DNA of 61,761 bases, counting the filler, from Aduncisulcus paluster (lineage: Eukaryota): the NCBI GenBank assembly GCA_024181965.1. It is 5 parts of 5 records of this genome, joined end to end, with 100 filler letters (N's around TTAATTAATTAA, not from the genome) between each part and the next. Parts side by side here need not be neighbours in the genome. Positions count along the whole stretch, not along the records: positions 22,885 to 37,494 come from BQXS01010792.1; positions 37,595 to 51,151 come from BQXS01010793.1; 3 more parts are not named here. The stretch is one strand, 5' to 3'. Below are positions 35,179 to 45,865 of the stretch, piece by piece. Below the pieces are notes generated by a model. The model did no database searches, had not been told where the DNA came from, and worked only from the letters and a program-made list of their open reading frames with translations. The translations under genes and the position numbers were made by a program. Numbering within the stretch: the first letter of the stretch is position 1; each line of letters opens with the position of its first letter.

Positions 35179-36576
35179 TTATTTGGTTAATTTTTTATAT
35201 ATGGCTCTGACATTTGCCAAGGAGGAGACCTGCCATTTCTTTTGATTACATCTCTCACAATACACAGCTGGGAACAATGTATTGAAGGCAGTGATCCTAT
35301 TTCCACAATTCCGGCATTCAAACTTCCTTTTCACAGCACTCACTACCTTCACAGGATGTTTGGCATCACAACAAGCATGGGGCTTGAATTCACTATATCG
35401 ACGACAAGTAGCACAATGGTAAGCTTTCAATGTCACTTCTGTATGCTTCATTGCCTCTTCTTCTCTCCTCTCGGCTTCAATATACCCGGCAAAATGTTTG
35501 TCGATCTGGTCAAGCTTGGAGATAGTATCCAGTCCCTGCTGTGCACGTTTTAACATTAGTTTCTCAGCCTTGGTCTCTTCTTTGCAGTCAATAGTACTCA
35601 AACTACTTGATTTCAACACTTTCTTCTTCCTTTCTTGTGCGATTGATATCAATTTAGCTACTAACTTGGCCTTAAGAGAATCACTGGCAGTGAGTAATGT
35701 TGCTTTGATTTTTATGACTTTATCAATAGGATACCCAAGGTCATCGAAGGAAAACCACTCGGGGAAGGAAGACGAGATAACGGAAGATATTGATGGCTGT
35801 GATGAGGGAGAGGAGGAAGAGGGAGAGGAAGAGGATATGTGATCATGGGATATGGTTGGAGATCTTGAACAACCCTGTTTGATATTAGAATTCTCCATAT
35901 CCTTTGCAGTTGAGACCTTTGATTCCTTTCTATCTTGGTATTTTCTATCCATTTTCTTCCTTTGTTCCGCCATAAGCTCCCTTCTTTGTGAGTGAAATGG
36001 ATTGATTCCCTTGGATGCACCTTTATCTCCTTTGTTTGAAGAGACAGGATGTTTGGGAGAGGGTTTATATTCAAATTTACCATCTCGAACGTTCTTATTA
36101 CGTTCAATAACACGTGCCATTTCAAGTTTACGCTCTTCTACTTTCGAAAGTTGTTTAAATTGGCACGATTCAAAGGCTTCGAGGAACGACTTTCCAGTAT
36201 CGAATAATCTTAAGCCACTATCTTTACAAAATAAATCAACGGGTTTTGAGGGAGTGGAAATAACTTTTAGAGGTTTTGGTTTGGTCTTGCGTACAGTTTT
36301 CGTCGGCTTTGATTGATCTGCCACCAATGGTGATTTTGACGCTTTTGAATCCGTACTCATTTCTTTAGTTCCACCTGCATATTTTTCAAGTGCGCTAATA
36401 ACTTGTTGAGTTCCTCTACTTCCAACGCGTGAAGTCATCGAATAAAACTGATTGTTGGTGATTAGACTGATGTATGGATTGAAAACAGAATCATCTGAAG
36501 CATTTGCCGTCTTTTTATGAGTTTTACGACCTTTTCTTACTGTTTTTCTTATTCCATGATCCTTTGTAATCCTCAT
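35179..36576 (-). CDS. MCM10: Mcm10 C-terminal zinc-domain protein
   Basis: The C-terminus ERREEEAMKHTEV..YHCATC..CCDAKH..VKRKFECRNCGNR..FPAVYCERCNQKKW matches the Mcm10 CTD (CCCH + CCCC). The N-terminal part is low complexity. Confidence 0.75.
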   Translation of the reverse strand: MRITKDHGIRKTVRKGRKTHKKTANASDDSVFNPYISLITNNQFYSMTSRVGSRGTQQVISALEKYAGGTKEMSTDSKASKSPLVADQSKPTKTVRKTKPKPLKVISTPSKPVDLFCKDSGLRLFDTGKSFLEAFESCQFKQLSKVEERKLEMARVIERNKNVRDGKFEYKPSPKHPVSSNKGDKGASKGINPFHSQRRELMAEQRKKMDRKYQDRKESKVSTAKDMENSNIKQGCSRSPTISHDHISSSSPSSSSPSSQPSISSVISSSFPEWFSFDDLGYPIDKVIKIKATLLTASDSLKAKLVAKLISIAQERKKKVLKSSSLSTIDCKEETKAEKLMLKRAQQGLDTISKLDQIDKHFAGYIEAERREEEAMKHTEVTLKAYHCATCRRYSEFKPHACCDAKHPVKVVSAVKRKFECRNCGNRITAFNTLFPAVYCERCNQKKWQVSSLANVRAIYKKLTK

Positions 36577-36729
36577 AGAGAGCAAATCAACTCGATTTTT
36601 GTTATCGCCGACTGCTTGACTGAATCAACCACCTAATAATAATAAATATAGTACTGAAACGTAAATTATATTTTTTCAAAAATAATTATTTACTCAAAAT
36701 AACCAAGTGGAAGCTTTGGAACTTCAACT

Positions 36730-37473
36730 CTATTTCTTCTTCTTATTCTTCTTCTTTTTCATTTTTTTATCTTGGTTTTGTTCCTTTTCCTTTCCTTTCT
36801 TACTCTTTTTCTTCATTTTAGTCTCCTTCAACGCAGCTTTAGCATCTTTCAATTCTTCAGTAGTAATATCGTCTTTCTTTGCGGCACTTAATTTCTTTTT
36901 AAGTACTTCTTCAACTTTCTTACCCTTTGACTTGGATTTTTTGACCTTCTTGGCCTTTTTCGACTTCTGGGGGGTTTCTTCCTCTTCTTCTGTTTTATCT
37001 CCCATAATATCGTCAAAAGAAATTCCCCACTCTTCCAATTCTGCCAATTGTCGTTTCAATTTCTCAACCATCCGTTTCGCCCGCTTCTCCATTGTTTCGA
37101 CAGAAGCTTCATTAAATTTATGTCTACTAGCGGCAACAGCGGGTTTTGTTCCACAGAATGGCCGTGTAATTTTGTATTTAGAAGAAAAAGTCATAGGATG
37201 GACATCTTTTGGGGGAACACACCGTACCTGGAGCAAATGTCCTTCAAGAATATAATTGTTCAAATTATCCGCAGCAATCTCTGCAACTTCAGGATCTTGG
37301 AACTGAACAAAACCAAAATGTCTACTAATTCCGGTTTTGGGGCTCCTTGACAGACGTAAGTTAGTGATAGTTCCGAATTGAGAAAAAAGAGTTTTTAAGT
37401 TCTTTTCATCGAATTGAGCTGGTAATCTACCAATGTATATAACACCTTCACAATTTTTTTCCTTCCTGGACAT
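36730..37473 (-). CDS. NOP15: Nop15/NIFK-like RRM ribosome biogenesis factor (start near the contig edge)
   Basis: VIYIGRLP..FSQFG..LRLSRSPKTGISRHFGFVQF..VAEIAADNLNNYIL..LLQV, followed by a lysine-rich tail. Confidence 0.85.
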   Translation of the reverse strand: MSRKEKNCEGVIYIGRLPAQFDEKNLKTLFSQFGTITNLRLSRSPKTGISRHFGFVQFQDPEVAEIAADNLNNYILEGHLLQVRCVPPKDVHPMTFSSKYKITRPFCGTKPAVAASRHKFNEASVETMEKRAKRMVEKLKRQLAELEEWGISFDDIMGDKTEEEEETPQKSKKAKKVKKSKSKGKKVEEVLKKKLSAAKKDDITTEELKDAKAALKETKMKKKSKKGKEKEQNQDKKMKKKKNKKKK

Positions 37474-37494
37474 GCCAATACCACCCAAAAGCGT

Positions 37495-37594
37495 NNNNNN
37501 NNNNNNNNNNNNNNNNNNNNNNNNNNNNNNNNNNNNNNTTAATTAATTAANNNNNNNNNNNNNNNNNNNNNNNNNNNNNNNNNNNNNNNNNNNN
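37495..37594. other. Artificial contig linker
   Basis: 44 N + TTAATTAATTAA + 44 N. Confidence 0.98.
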
Positions 37595-38132
37595 TTATCA
37601 CGGGGCGATATTATTCACCAATTCGAAGAAAAAGGGGATTACGCTGCTTCAAGAAAGCACTATCCTAAATATCGTAACACTTACGCGATATAAGAAGCCA
37701 GGAAACAAAAGAACGAAAAGAACGGACAAGATTCGTAGTAAGGGAAGAAAAAAATGAATCCGTGAAAATAATGTTTTCATATGAATTGAAACAAGATAAA
37801 ATATTTTATCGATATTGTCAATTTATGAACGATTAAAGAAGTAGAATCAAAATGACCAAAATGACAGGATATCATCAAAATGCATGGATATTGTATGGTT
37901 AAATATCATCCAAGACTATAAGATATGTCCATTTTACACCAATAAAAAAATGAAGCTTGGTCCAATCATCGGGAAAATCCAAATTGAAACTTTCCAGAAA
38001 CTATTTTCACCTCTATATCTTGGAATATCAGAAATTACACCCTAAAGTGGGTTGAAATGAACTTGTTTTGATCATGAGAAATATTCTCTATCAATACAAA
38101 GATTATTGACGTTTTGATCAATTCACCCAGAT

Positions 38133-38354
38133 ATGGCAAACATATGGTCATTTGGGGGAGCTTTAGTCGCAATATTGTTAATAATTTGCTCATGTACATA
38201 TATAAAAGGGACACCATTCCTCGCTAAGTTTTTTTTGAAAGAGAAAAATGGTTTTAAGGGGACATTCTACAAAACAGCAGTCATTGGAGAGAGATTACAC
38301 GTTATTGTTTGCGCTTTATGTCTCATAGCAGCAATATCTCTTGTCTTCATGTGA
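38133..38354 (+). CDS. KSH1: Protein Kish (TMEM167/Ksh1)
   Basis: 73 aa with ILLIICSCTYI, GFKGTFYK.AVIGERL and a terminal TM helix. Confidence 0.92.
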   Translation: MANIWSFGGALVAILLIICSCTYIKGTPFLAKFFLKEKNGFKGTFYKTAVIGERLHVIVCALCLIAAISLVFM

Positions 38355-38689
38355 TAGATGCTACGATATGATATCTTAGATCCCGCCTCGTCAAAGTATG
38401 ATCATCGTCAGATATTCTTGTAGAAGAAGCATATAAATTTTGGTTGGAACTGTATCAACAGTTTCCATCTTCTGAAGCCAATCCTCCACCTTGTGAAACG
38501 AAATTTAGAACTTTTAAATTACATTGAATGTAGAGAGTGAAAAAGTAAAGTCACTCATAACAGTATAAACGAAAAACATAACTACATTTTATTTCTATTT
38601 TGATTTCCATTGTGTAGATCACCACAATTCCTTTTCTACGGCGTAGTTTTTCTTTCCGGAATTCAATTCCACAAGTTGTGGATTGGTAT

Positions 38690-39930
38690 TTACTTCATCT
38701 TTGGCTCCCATGGTAGAAGAGATAATCGCTCGGCTTCAAGAATTTCAGCTGCCACAGTGAAAATAAGTGAAGACAGGGAGAAAATAATGTTTTTCTTCGG
38801 ATCCCATCTTCCATTTCCATAAATCTCACAGGACACAATATTAGATAAATCAATTGGAAGAAAGAACCATTCAGATTCATGTATGAGTTCTCTAAAATCA
38901 TATTTTCTAAATATCTTCTTTCCATCATAATCAGTAAAAATAAAGAAAAGAGAGGGAGAACTGTGAGTTTTTGTCACACAGATATAAGCCCCTTTAATGG
39001 GAAAAGATATTAGGAAAGGGATGGAAAGATATGACAATTTTACATCGCCTTCCCCTTTTAACATTTTCTGAGCATTTAAACTCTCATCTCTTTCAAGATG
39101 CATTCTTTCAATCTTTCCCTCAACTTTTGAGAATAAAGGATTAATTATCGATGGATCATAACGTGGAATTGGAATAGAAGATCCATTCCCAGGCCCTAGA
39201 AACTTTGATGGAACGACGTGCTGATAAAAAACATCAAAATAAGTCAAATAATAATGAAATTTTGAATAAAAATAAATAATTTATATATATCAACAATTTA
39301 ACATACAGCTTTGGACCATTGAGATTCTAAGCGTCTGCGAACAGAGCATTCTGTCGGAATCTCCTTTCTGAAGAATGCAAGAGAATGGATTTTAGAGCTC
39401 GTAGATTTTGATGATCCATCCTTATTTTGTTCCATTACTTTTATCTCACAATCAATAACATCATTCAAATCAATTGGAAGGAAAAACCATTCATATTTAT
39501 GTTTCGGTTCTGGGAATTCAAAAATACGAGTTTTACGGAATTCACGGCAGACGGAAAAGGAGAGGTGAATAAACGGAGCTCTACAATAATCATCCAAACA
39601 GATGTAAAGACCTTTTAAAGAGCATATAAATGGAAAAGTGAACTCAAGATACGAGAGAGTTAGACTACACTCACCTCTACACATGAGGAATGCCTCCCTG
39701 TCCAAATCACAAGAAAATTTCTCTCTTGATACCAATGAAAATGGAATATAAATGTGTTTCGGGTCATCGCGTGAAAAGGGATCTGAATTTCCTTCTTGGA
39801 CGAACTCTGGCTCCAGACTCAGGATTGTCGGACAACTTGTCCTTCTTGAAGAACGTGCTTTTCGAGGATGTCTTTTGGATTTATGAATAATGATTTTTTG
39901 AGGGAAATTTGTTTTCTCCTTAGAATCCAT
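38690..39930 (-). CDS. Two-domain tandem-repeat protein ('EWFFLPIDL' domain x2), 2 exons: 39930-39307, 39220-38690
   Basis: A phase-0 intron GTATGT..CAG (39306-39221) joins the two ORFs. Both halves share LSYL..PF...KG.YIC...(E/Y)F.E..H..EWFFLPIDL..(V/I)..CEI. Confidence 0.7.
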
Positions 39931-40374
39931 GTCGCAACAACTTATTGAGAAAGAAATTTAATATAAATAAACCAAAAATTACAAAAATTCGGAACAAAAA
40001 TAAAAGTAGAATGTATATTTCTTCTCAAAGTTCTTGATCACGACAAAAACAAGGAAAAATAACCCAACTAAAATCCTGTCGATTTTCCTCATCAAAATCC
40101 TCGATCACCACCAAAAAAGATCGAAAAATAAACATGAAAACATTGTTTTAAACTTGAGACTCTGAAGGTAAACATATTTACTGTTTTTAATTCATTCAAA
40201 CAGACTTATTTATTTGTTAACGGACCTCAGCGGTCATTCCAAAATCCTCAAGTGCAAATATCATCGTAAACCCCAGAAATGAAGAATCATAAGAAAAAGA
40301 TAATATAAAAAATATGAGTGTTGCCGTGGTACAGCAAAAAAAAAAAAAAAACTTGTAAAAATACCGATAAAACA

Positions 40375-43300
40375 TTAAAAATCTCCTTCCATTTGTTTGA
40401 TGTCCTTTTCGACTCTTTCATAGTCCCTCTTTAATGGAGACATGTGAAACCCAAAGTTTTTGCTCAGAAATCCATTTGAAATAGCCTTCCTTTCGGCCGA
40501 TGACATATTTTCGTATTTTGTTTTGAGCTCTTCTTTTTTCAAGGATGGTTTTTCAGCTCGAAGAGCACTGCGGTGTTGATAAGGTCGCACTTGAGAGTGT
40601 GAGAACAACTTAGACCCTAGGGATCCAGAAATTACAGGATTTGGGGAAGACAATCCTGAGGAAGAAGAAGAGGAGGAGGAAGAAGAAGGGAAAGAATGGT
40701 CAGATGCCAGATTGGATGAGAATCTCTTTGCCAATAATTTCGATGGAGATGATCTGACTGAGTGGTATCTTTGTTTTGACCCATGGGCGGGAAGAGATAG
40801 AGATTCGATGGACTCTGGCAGTACTCGATGTTTCAACACTCCATCAATGTCTCCATCTTCAGAGGGAATGAATCCGCGTGTTTTTTCAAGGAGCTGGAGA
40901 GATAATTTAAGCCCAGCAATGACGAGTAATCTCCCACTTTCTCTCAAGTGAGATAGATCAGGAGAAGAGGAGGAAGAGGAGGAAGAGGAGGAAGAGGAGG
41001 AAGAGGAAGACGCTGATTGTCCATAACGAACAAGATTATCAATGAGGTCTCCAAGTTCTTTACATACCCTTGTCAAATGGTTGCGTTCACTCACATTTAA
41101 AGAGTCCTTGAGACACTCACCTACACTGAGGAGATGATCGTGAACACCAGAAAGTTCCTCAATTCGATTATTAACTTGTTCTGAATAAAATAACTTTCCT
41201 TGTTCGATGGAATTTCCCATCACATCGCATATTTTGGTAATTCCTGTACCGATTCCTTTCATTCTTGTAGATTGTTCATAAAATATCTCATCAGAAGGAG
41301 AAAAATCTGAATCAAATGTATTTTTAGATTCCTTATCCAATATTTCACCAATGTTTTCGAGTTCTTTAATATTGTTTTCCAACTCAGAAGCAATATCGGC
41401 ACATTTCGAGAGACCATCTGTGCCAACGACCTGGTCGCCATGCTTAGCACGACTCAAAAGCCCCTGTATTTTGACAATAAGGGCACCAAAGGATTGAGTA
41501 AGGGTTTCGAGCTCACGAGCACGTATTTTCACAAGACGGGAGCACCATCCACCTACCTTTTTATGAACGCTTGAATGCACTCCTCTTTCACTCTCGTGGT
41601 GAACTCGAGTATCCTCAATGGATTTATGAGCTATTTTTAGATCGGAATCTAACTTATTCATGGCAGCTGTGGTGGCTCCGAGGGAGGCTTCAAGACGATG
41701 ACGAATTTCTTCATTCTCATGAAGTTGTTTCTCAAGCAATCCTATTCTATTTTTAGTTTCTGAGAAACTAAGAGTATGGGAAAGTGATAATGTGTCACAA
41801 ATGAGGGAAGGAGTGTCATAAGGTCCCTTGGGTCCACTGGAAGATGTGGAAGAGTCAGTTGATGAAGAGAGAATTCCAACAATATCTTTGGAAAGAGTCA
41901 AAGACTTTCTCAAACGATCTAATTCGGGAGTGGATGACGATGCTCCAGTACCATCCGTTCCAGATGTATCTCCACTGATATGGGGATCTGATTGACTTGG
42001 ATCTGAACTCTTCTTATTTTGCTGAATACTCTCACTGGTTTCCTTCAATTGTGCGACAATATGTTTGTCTCGCGAAACAGAAGTATTTAGAACAACACCA
42101 CGATCCGTTACCCTTCTCTTCATCTCTCCAAGAGCCACAAGAACCTGACCGCCAATGGGATTTCCTTCTAAACGAGACATGACATCCGTGACACGTTGTT
42201 CTGCCTTGTGAAGTTCGAGGATGAGCGACTCACAATGCGCAATGTTACTATCTTTAGAATTGGCATATGCAGATATCAATTTGTGAATACATATGGAGTT
42301 AGAACGTTGCAATTCAGACAAAATCCCAATACTTTTGCGGGCAGTATTAAGAGAGGTCGACAGAGCTGCATTTGCTTTAGTTCTTTGAATAAGTAACTGT
42401 TGTATCTTGTGATGTCCGGATGATTCAGACTTTAGTTTTTCACTCATTTGCTTAGTTTTATCAGTCAATTGCTGGTATTTCCTTGAAACAATTCGATGTT
42501 GTTCCTGAAGACTGGATAATTGGCTATCAAGCGATCTACATTTCATTTGTGAGCTTGATAATTGTTTGTCTATTGTTGAAATGCGTTCAATGAGATCCCT
42601 TTCTCTCTCTTTCTCTCTCTCTCTTTCAAGTTCTCTCTCTCTTTCTCTTTCTCTTTCTCTCTCCAGACCTTCTTTCCTTGAACCATAGGCGATTTCATCC
42701 AAAGTTAGAGTGCTTGACGGTGATATGTTATGTTCAGCCACTTGAGAAGAAGAGGAAGAAGAGGAAGAAGAAGAAGAAGAGGAAGAAGAAGAAGAGGAAG
42801 AGGAAGAAGAGGAAGAGGAAGAACCAGACGGTGGGATAATTGGCATGATATCACGAGATCTGCCTGACCAAGCTCCACGTAACAAGGCATCTAAGATTGA
42901 AATGGCCTTCTTAATGTTAACATAGGAAGCACTCGACAGGAGGGAACTTGGAGGCACCGAGAACATTCCAGCAGAGGGGAGGAATGAGAAGGGGGAAATT
43001 GGGGGAAGAAGAGAAGCATCAGAGTGGTCAAAGAAAGTCAAAGATCCAACGCCTCGACTCCCTGGGATGGACGTGGTGAATGGAGCAAAGCCACCAACAG
43101 AGAGCGCTTCAAAACTGTCGGAATCCTCGAATGAAGAAGAAGGCGAGGAAATAATCTCTTCTTCTTCTATATCTCCGGCTTCATCGCCTTCAATACCAGC
43201 TGTACCGCTTGAAGAAGCACGGAGCATCTGAGCATTCTTTAATTGCATCCTGCGTTGTTCACGATGTTGCTTAGAAAGTAATTTCTTATGTTCTTTCTTT

Positions 43301-44241
43301 CTTTTTTGTCCTTCTCGCCTTCTTCGACGCTTTTCATATTCTTCTTTCTTCTTACGTTGCTCCTCCTCAATTCTCTCTGTTTCTCGGCGTCGATCTTCTT
43401 GTTGTTTCCTCAATTCTAATTCATACTGAACTTTGGCATCTTGGAAACGTTTTTTCTCTGTCTCCCACTTAGATTTGCGGCGTTTATCTTCCTCTTCAAC
43501 ATCACGAAGAGCATCGGTATGGAGAGACAGCAATTCAAGAATGGATCCAAAAATAGAATCTTGTTTGCGCTTCAATTGATTGTTTTGTTCAGATTTATGC
43601 TCATTCTCCTGTTGTAAACTAATAAAATCTTTTTGTTGAGCCTCGAACTGTAATACTTTTTTTTCAAGGTTAAGATTGACTTCAAGCAGTTTTTCTTGAA
43701 GATTTTCTTTTTCTTTCATTATGTGATCGATTGATGTATTCTTATGGGTCACATCAGAACGGAGAGAAGTTAATTCTTCGGAGAGGCGCGAATTCTCAGT
43801 TTCTAATGATGATATTTTCTCAGATAACTCATCTAATTGTTGTTGATGATGCTTTTTTTCACTTTCATAAATGGCTTTTTCTTGTTCTAAAGCAGATGTA
43901 GCACTATGAATTTCCGTTTTCATATTTTCATTCTCCGTTGTCAATTCTTTAAGTTCAATGACTTTTTCTTTCAATGCCTTTTCTAATCTGCCTATTAAAT
44001 CACGATTTCTCAAGTTCATTTCTTCATATCTTATACGATCTTCCTCATGAAGGCGTTTTGCTTCTTCTAGAGCCCTATCTTTCTGCTGAGGCTCACTTTC
44101 TTTCTTTCTAAATAGGCTGATATCAAATGTTTTTTCAAAGGAGGGGAGATGAGTTGAGGTAGGAGAAGAATAAGGTCGATAGCTTCTATATGGGGAAAAT
44201 GAAGCTGTTGTTGGAGGGTTCCAACTAAATTCCTTTGACAT
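40375..44241 (-). CDS. Large coiled-coil protein (1288 aa) with poly-Ser and (ER)n tracts
   Basis: ATG at 44241 and long heptad regions. No ATPase motifs are seen, so it is not called SMC or myosin. Confidence 0.8.
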   Translation of the reverse strand: MSKEFSWNPPTTASFSPYRSYRPYSSPTSTHLPSFEKTFDISLFRKKESEPQQKDRALEEAKRLHEEDRIRYEEMNLRNRDLIGRLEKALKEKVIELKELTTENENMKTEIHSATSALEQEKAIYESEKKHHQQQLDELSEKISSLETENSRLSEELTSLRSDVTHKNTSIDHIMKEKENLQEKLLEVNLNLEKKVLQFEAQQKDFISLQQENEHKSEQNNQLKRKQDSIFGSILELLSLHTDALRDVEEEDKRRKSKWETEKKRFQDAKVQYELELRKQQEDRRRETERIEEEQRKKKEEYEKRRRRREGQKRKKEHKKLLSKQHREQRRMQLKNAQMLRASSSGTAGIEGDEAGDIEEEEIISSPSSSFEDSDSFEALSVGGFAPFTTSIPGSRGVGSLTFFDHSDASLLPPISPFSFLPSAGMFSVPPSSLLSSASYVNIKKAISILDALLRGAWSGRSRDIMPIIPPSGSSSSSSSSSSSSSSSSSSSSSSSSSSQVAEHNISPSSTLTLDEIAYGSRKEGLERERERERERELEREREKERERDLIERISTIDKQLSSSQMKCRSLDSQLSSLQEQHRIVSRKYQQLTDKTKQMSEKLKSESSGHHKIQQLLIQRTKANAALSTSLNTARKSIGILSELQRSNSICIHKLISAYANSKDSNIAHCESLILELHKAEQRVTDVMSRLEGNPIGGQVLVALGEMKRRVTDRGVVLNTSVSRDKHIVAQLKETSESIQQNKKSSDPSQSDPHISGDTSGTDGTGASSSTPELDRLRKSLTLSKDIVGILSSSTDSSTSSSGPKGPYDTPSLICDTLSLSHTLSFSETKNRIGLLEKQLHENEEIRHRLEASLGATTAAMNKLDSDLKIAHKSIEDTRVHHESERGVHSSVHKKVGGWCSRLVKIRARELETLTQSFGALIVKIQGLLSRAKHGDQVVGTDGLSKCADIASELENNIKELENIGEILDKESKNTFDSDFSPSDEIFYEQSTRMKGIGTGITKICDVMGNSIEQGKLFYSEQVNNRIEELSGVHDHLLSVGECLKDSLNVSERNHLTRVCKELGDLIDNLVRYGQSASSSSSSSSSSSSSSSSPDLSHLRESGRLLVIAGLKLSLQLLEKTRGFIPSEDGDIDGVLKHRVLPESIESLSLPAHGSKQRYHSVRSSPSKLLAKRFSSNLASDHSFPSSSSSSSSSSGLSSPNPVISGSLGSKLFSHSQVRPYQHRSALRAEKPSLKKEELKTKYENMSSAERKAISNGFLSKNFGFHMSPLKRDYERVEKDIKQMEGDF
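42745..42823. repeat. (GAA/GAG)n coding microsatellite encoding poly-Ser
   Basis: GAAGAG/GAA run; similar tracts at ~23037-23080, 29686-29742, 40659-40686 and 40962-41010. Confidence 0.9.
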
Positions 44242-44586
44242 AATTGAAATTTAATGAAATATGTAATTATAAATTGTTGAATTTGCCGAAATATGGAAAT
44301 TTTGGGTTTGAATTTTTTGGTACCCTGATAAGTGGTTCAAAATGAATAAAATGCATTATACTTGGATGATTGAATATATATTCCTTCGTCAAATCTCATT
44401 TCTATATCTATTTCCTCCAAGAGATTTTCCCATACGTTTTGGCTTCAGCAAAGAAGAAATCTAACAATAAAAACACGATAGATTCTTAAATTAGAGATAA
44501 AATGTAAAATCGCCGCATTTCCTCTCCCTTATTACTTTTCTCCCCCTTTAAAACGAATTCAATCCATTTTCTTTGGCTGATTGCAG

Positions 44587-45489
44587 ATGGCTAAAGGTGA
44601 AACGATCTCATTAGATACTTTCAATGATGATTGGGATGAGGAAGAAGAGGAGGAGGAGATTGATGAAGGAAAATTGAGGGAAATTAAAGAGCAGCACCCC
44701 CACGCAACCAACGTGTTGTATATTCGTAATATCCATTACGATGTCACAGACTCTGATTTATTTTCTCTTTTTGAGAAAAATGGAATCTGCCCAGAAGATA
44801 TTGTTCTTGTAAAAGAAGAGTCTGGCAAATTCACTGGTAATGCTGTTGTTCAATTTGGATCTGTCGACGATACTTATCTTTCTTTTATGAAAATCGATGG
44901 TCAGAAGCTTTTCGGACGTGAAGTTTCCCTTTCCGAGAATAAGGACTTCCGTAGAGGTTTTAGTGGTGGACCTCGTTCAGGGGGTGGTGGATTTGGTTCT
45001 AGGGACTCCAAACCTATGGTTAACTTCGCTGATGTTCGTAAGAGTGGCCCAAGGGAGGGCAGAGGAGATGCATTTAAGAGTACTGGACACTCTCAAGGTT
45101 ACCGTGAAAGTCGTGGGTTTTCGGGTGATCGCGAACGTGATCGTGATCGTCCTCGTCGTGAAAGACCCGCCCCTATGGGTTTTTCTCGCTCATCTATGCG
45201 TAGTAGTGATGACATTGAGAAAGCTAGACGTGAGGTTGAAGAGAAGGAGAAGAAACGTATCCACGAAAGGGAAAGGAGAAGGATGGAGAGGCAACCACTT
45301 CCATCCTTCTCGAGGGATCAGATGAAATCCGCAAAAGATGTGGAGGAAGAAAAGGCCAAACATGATAAACCCTTTAAAAAGGACTCTAAGAGTATCAGGA
45401 AGAGTTCTTCTGTCCACAAGAAGAAGGATGATAAAAGACAACCAAAAAGGGAGAGTACTAATCCCTTTGAAGCTTTGAGAGGTAAATAA
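44587..45489 (+). CDS. Translation initiation factor eIF4B-like RRM protein
   Basis: The N-terminal KGETISLDTF resembles eIF4B KGKTISLTDF. It has one RRM (LYIRNI..GNAVVQF), an R/D/G-rich region and a terminal NPFEAL motif. Confidence 0.65.
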   Translation: MAKGETISLDTFNDDWDEEEEEEEIDEGKLREIKEQHPHATNVLYIRNIHYDVTDSDLFSLFEKNGICPEDIVLVKEESGKFTGNAVVQFGSVDDTYLSFMKIDGQKLFGREVSLSENKDFRRGFSGGPRSGGGGFGSRDSKPMVNFADVRKSGPREGRGDAFKSTGHSQGYRESRGFSGDRERDRDRPRRERPAPMGFSRSSMRSSDDIEKARREVEEKEKKRIHERERRRMERQPLPSFSRDQMKSAKDVEEEKAKHDKPFKKDSKSIRKSSSVHKKKDDKRQPKRESTNPFEALRGK

Positions 45490-45865
45490 TCATTTTTTTT
45501 TCTTTGATAATGAATTCTGTATGTGAATATGACCAAGGAGACTGTTTTCCATTATTTTTTAAAAAATAGTAGAAATAAATTTAAAAATAAATTCAAAATT
45601 TAAAAGATTATTTATTTTTATGGCATATCACAGGGAAATTTCCAATATTTTCATCTCGACAGATTTTTTCCCTTGTGATGAAATAACTCGAAATATTCCG
45701 AAAATTTGTTTTAAAATGGAATGTTACATACAAGTAAAAAATGAAATCATTTTTAAACTGTGAAAAAAATAATTTGAGCGCACGTACGATTGATTTTTTG
45801 TTCATTCGAATAGACTTTTGGCAACATCAGGATATCCTTATAGGAATTAATTATATTGTTCCAAT

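Noticed and set aside
36707-37255. Phe-rich 'membrane protein' ORF, and many similar short ORFs in the track
   Set aside because: Antisense or out-of-frame shadows of real genes; this one mirrors the lysine-rich Nop15 tail.
40375-44241. SMC or myosin assignment
   Set aside because: No Walker motifs, hinge or motor domain are visible; only generic coiled coil.
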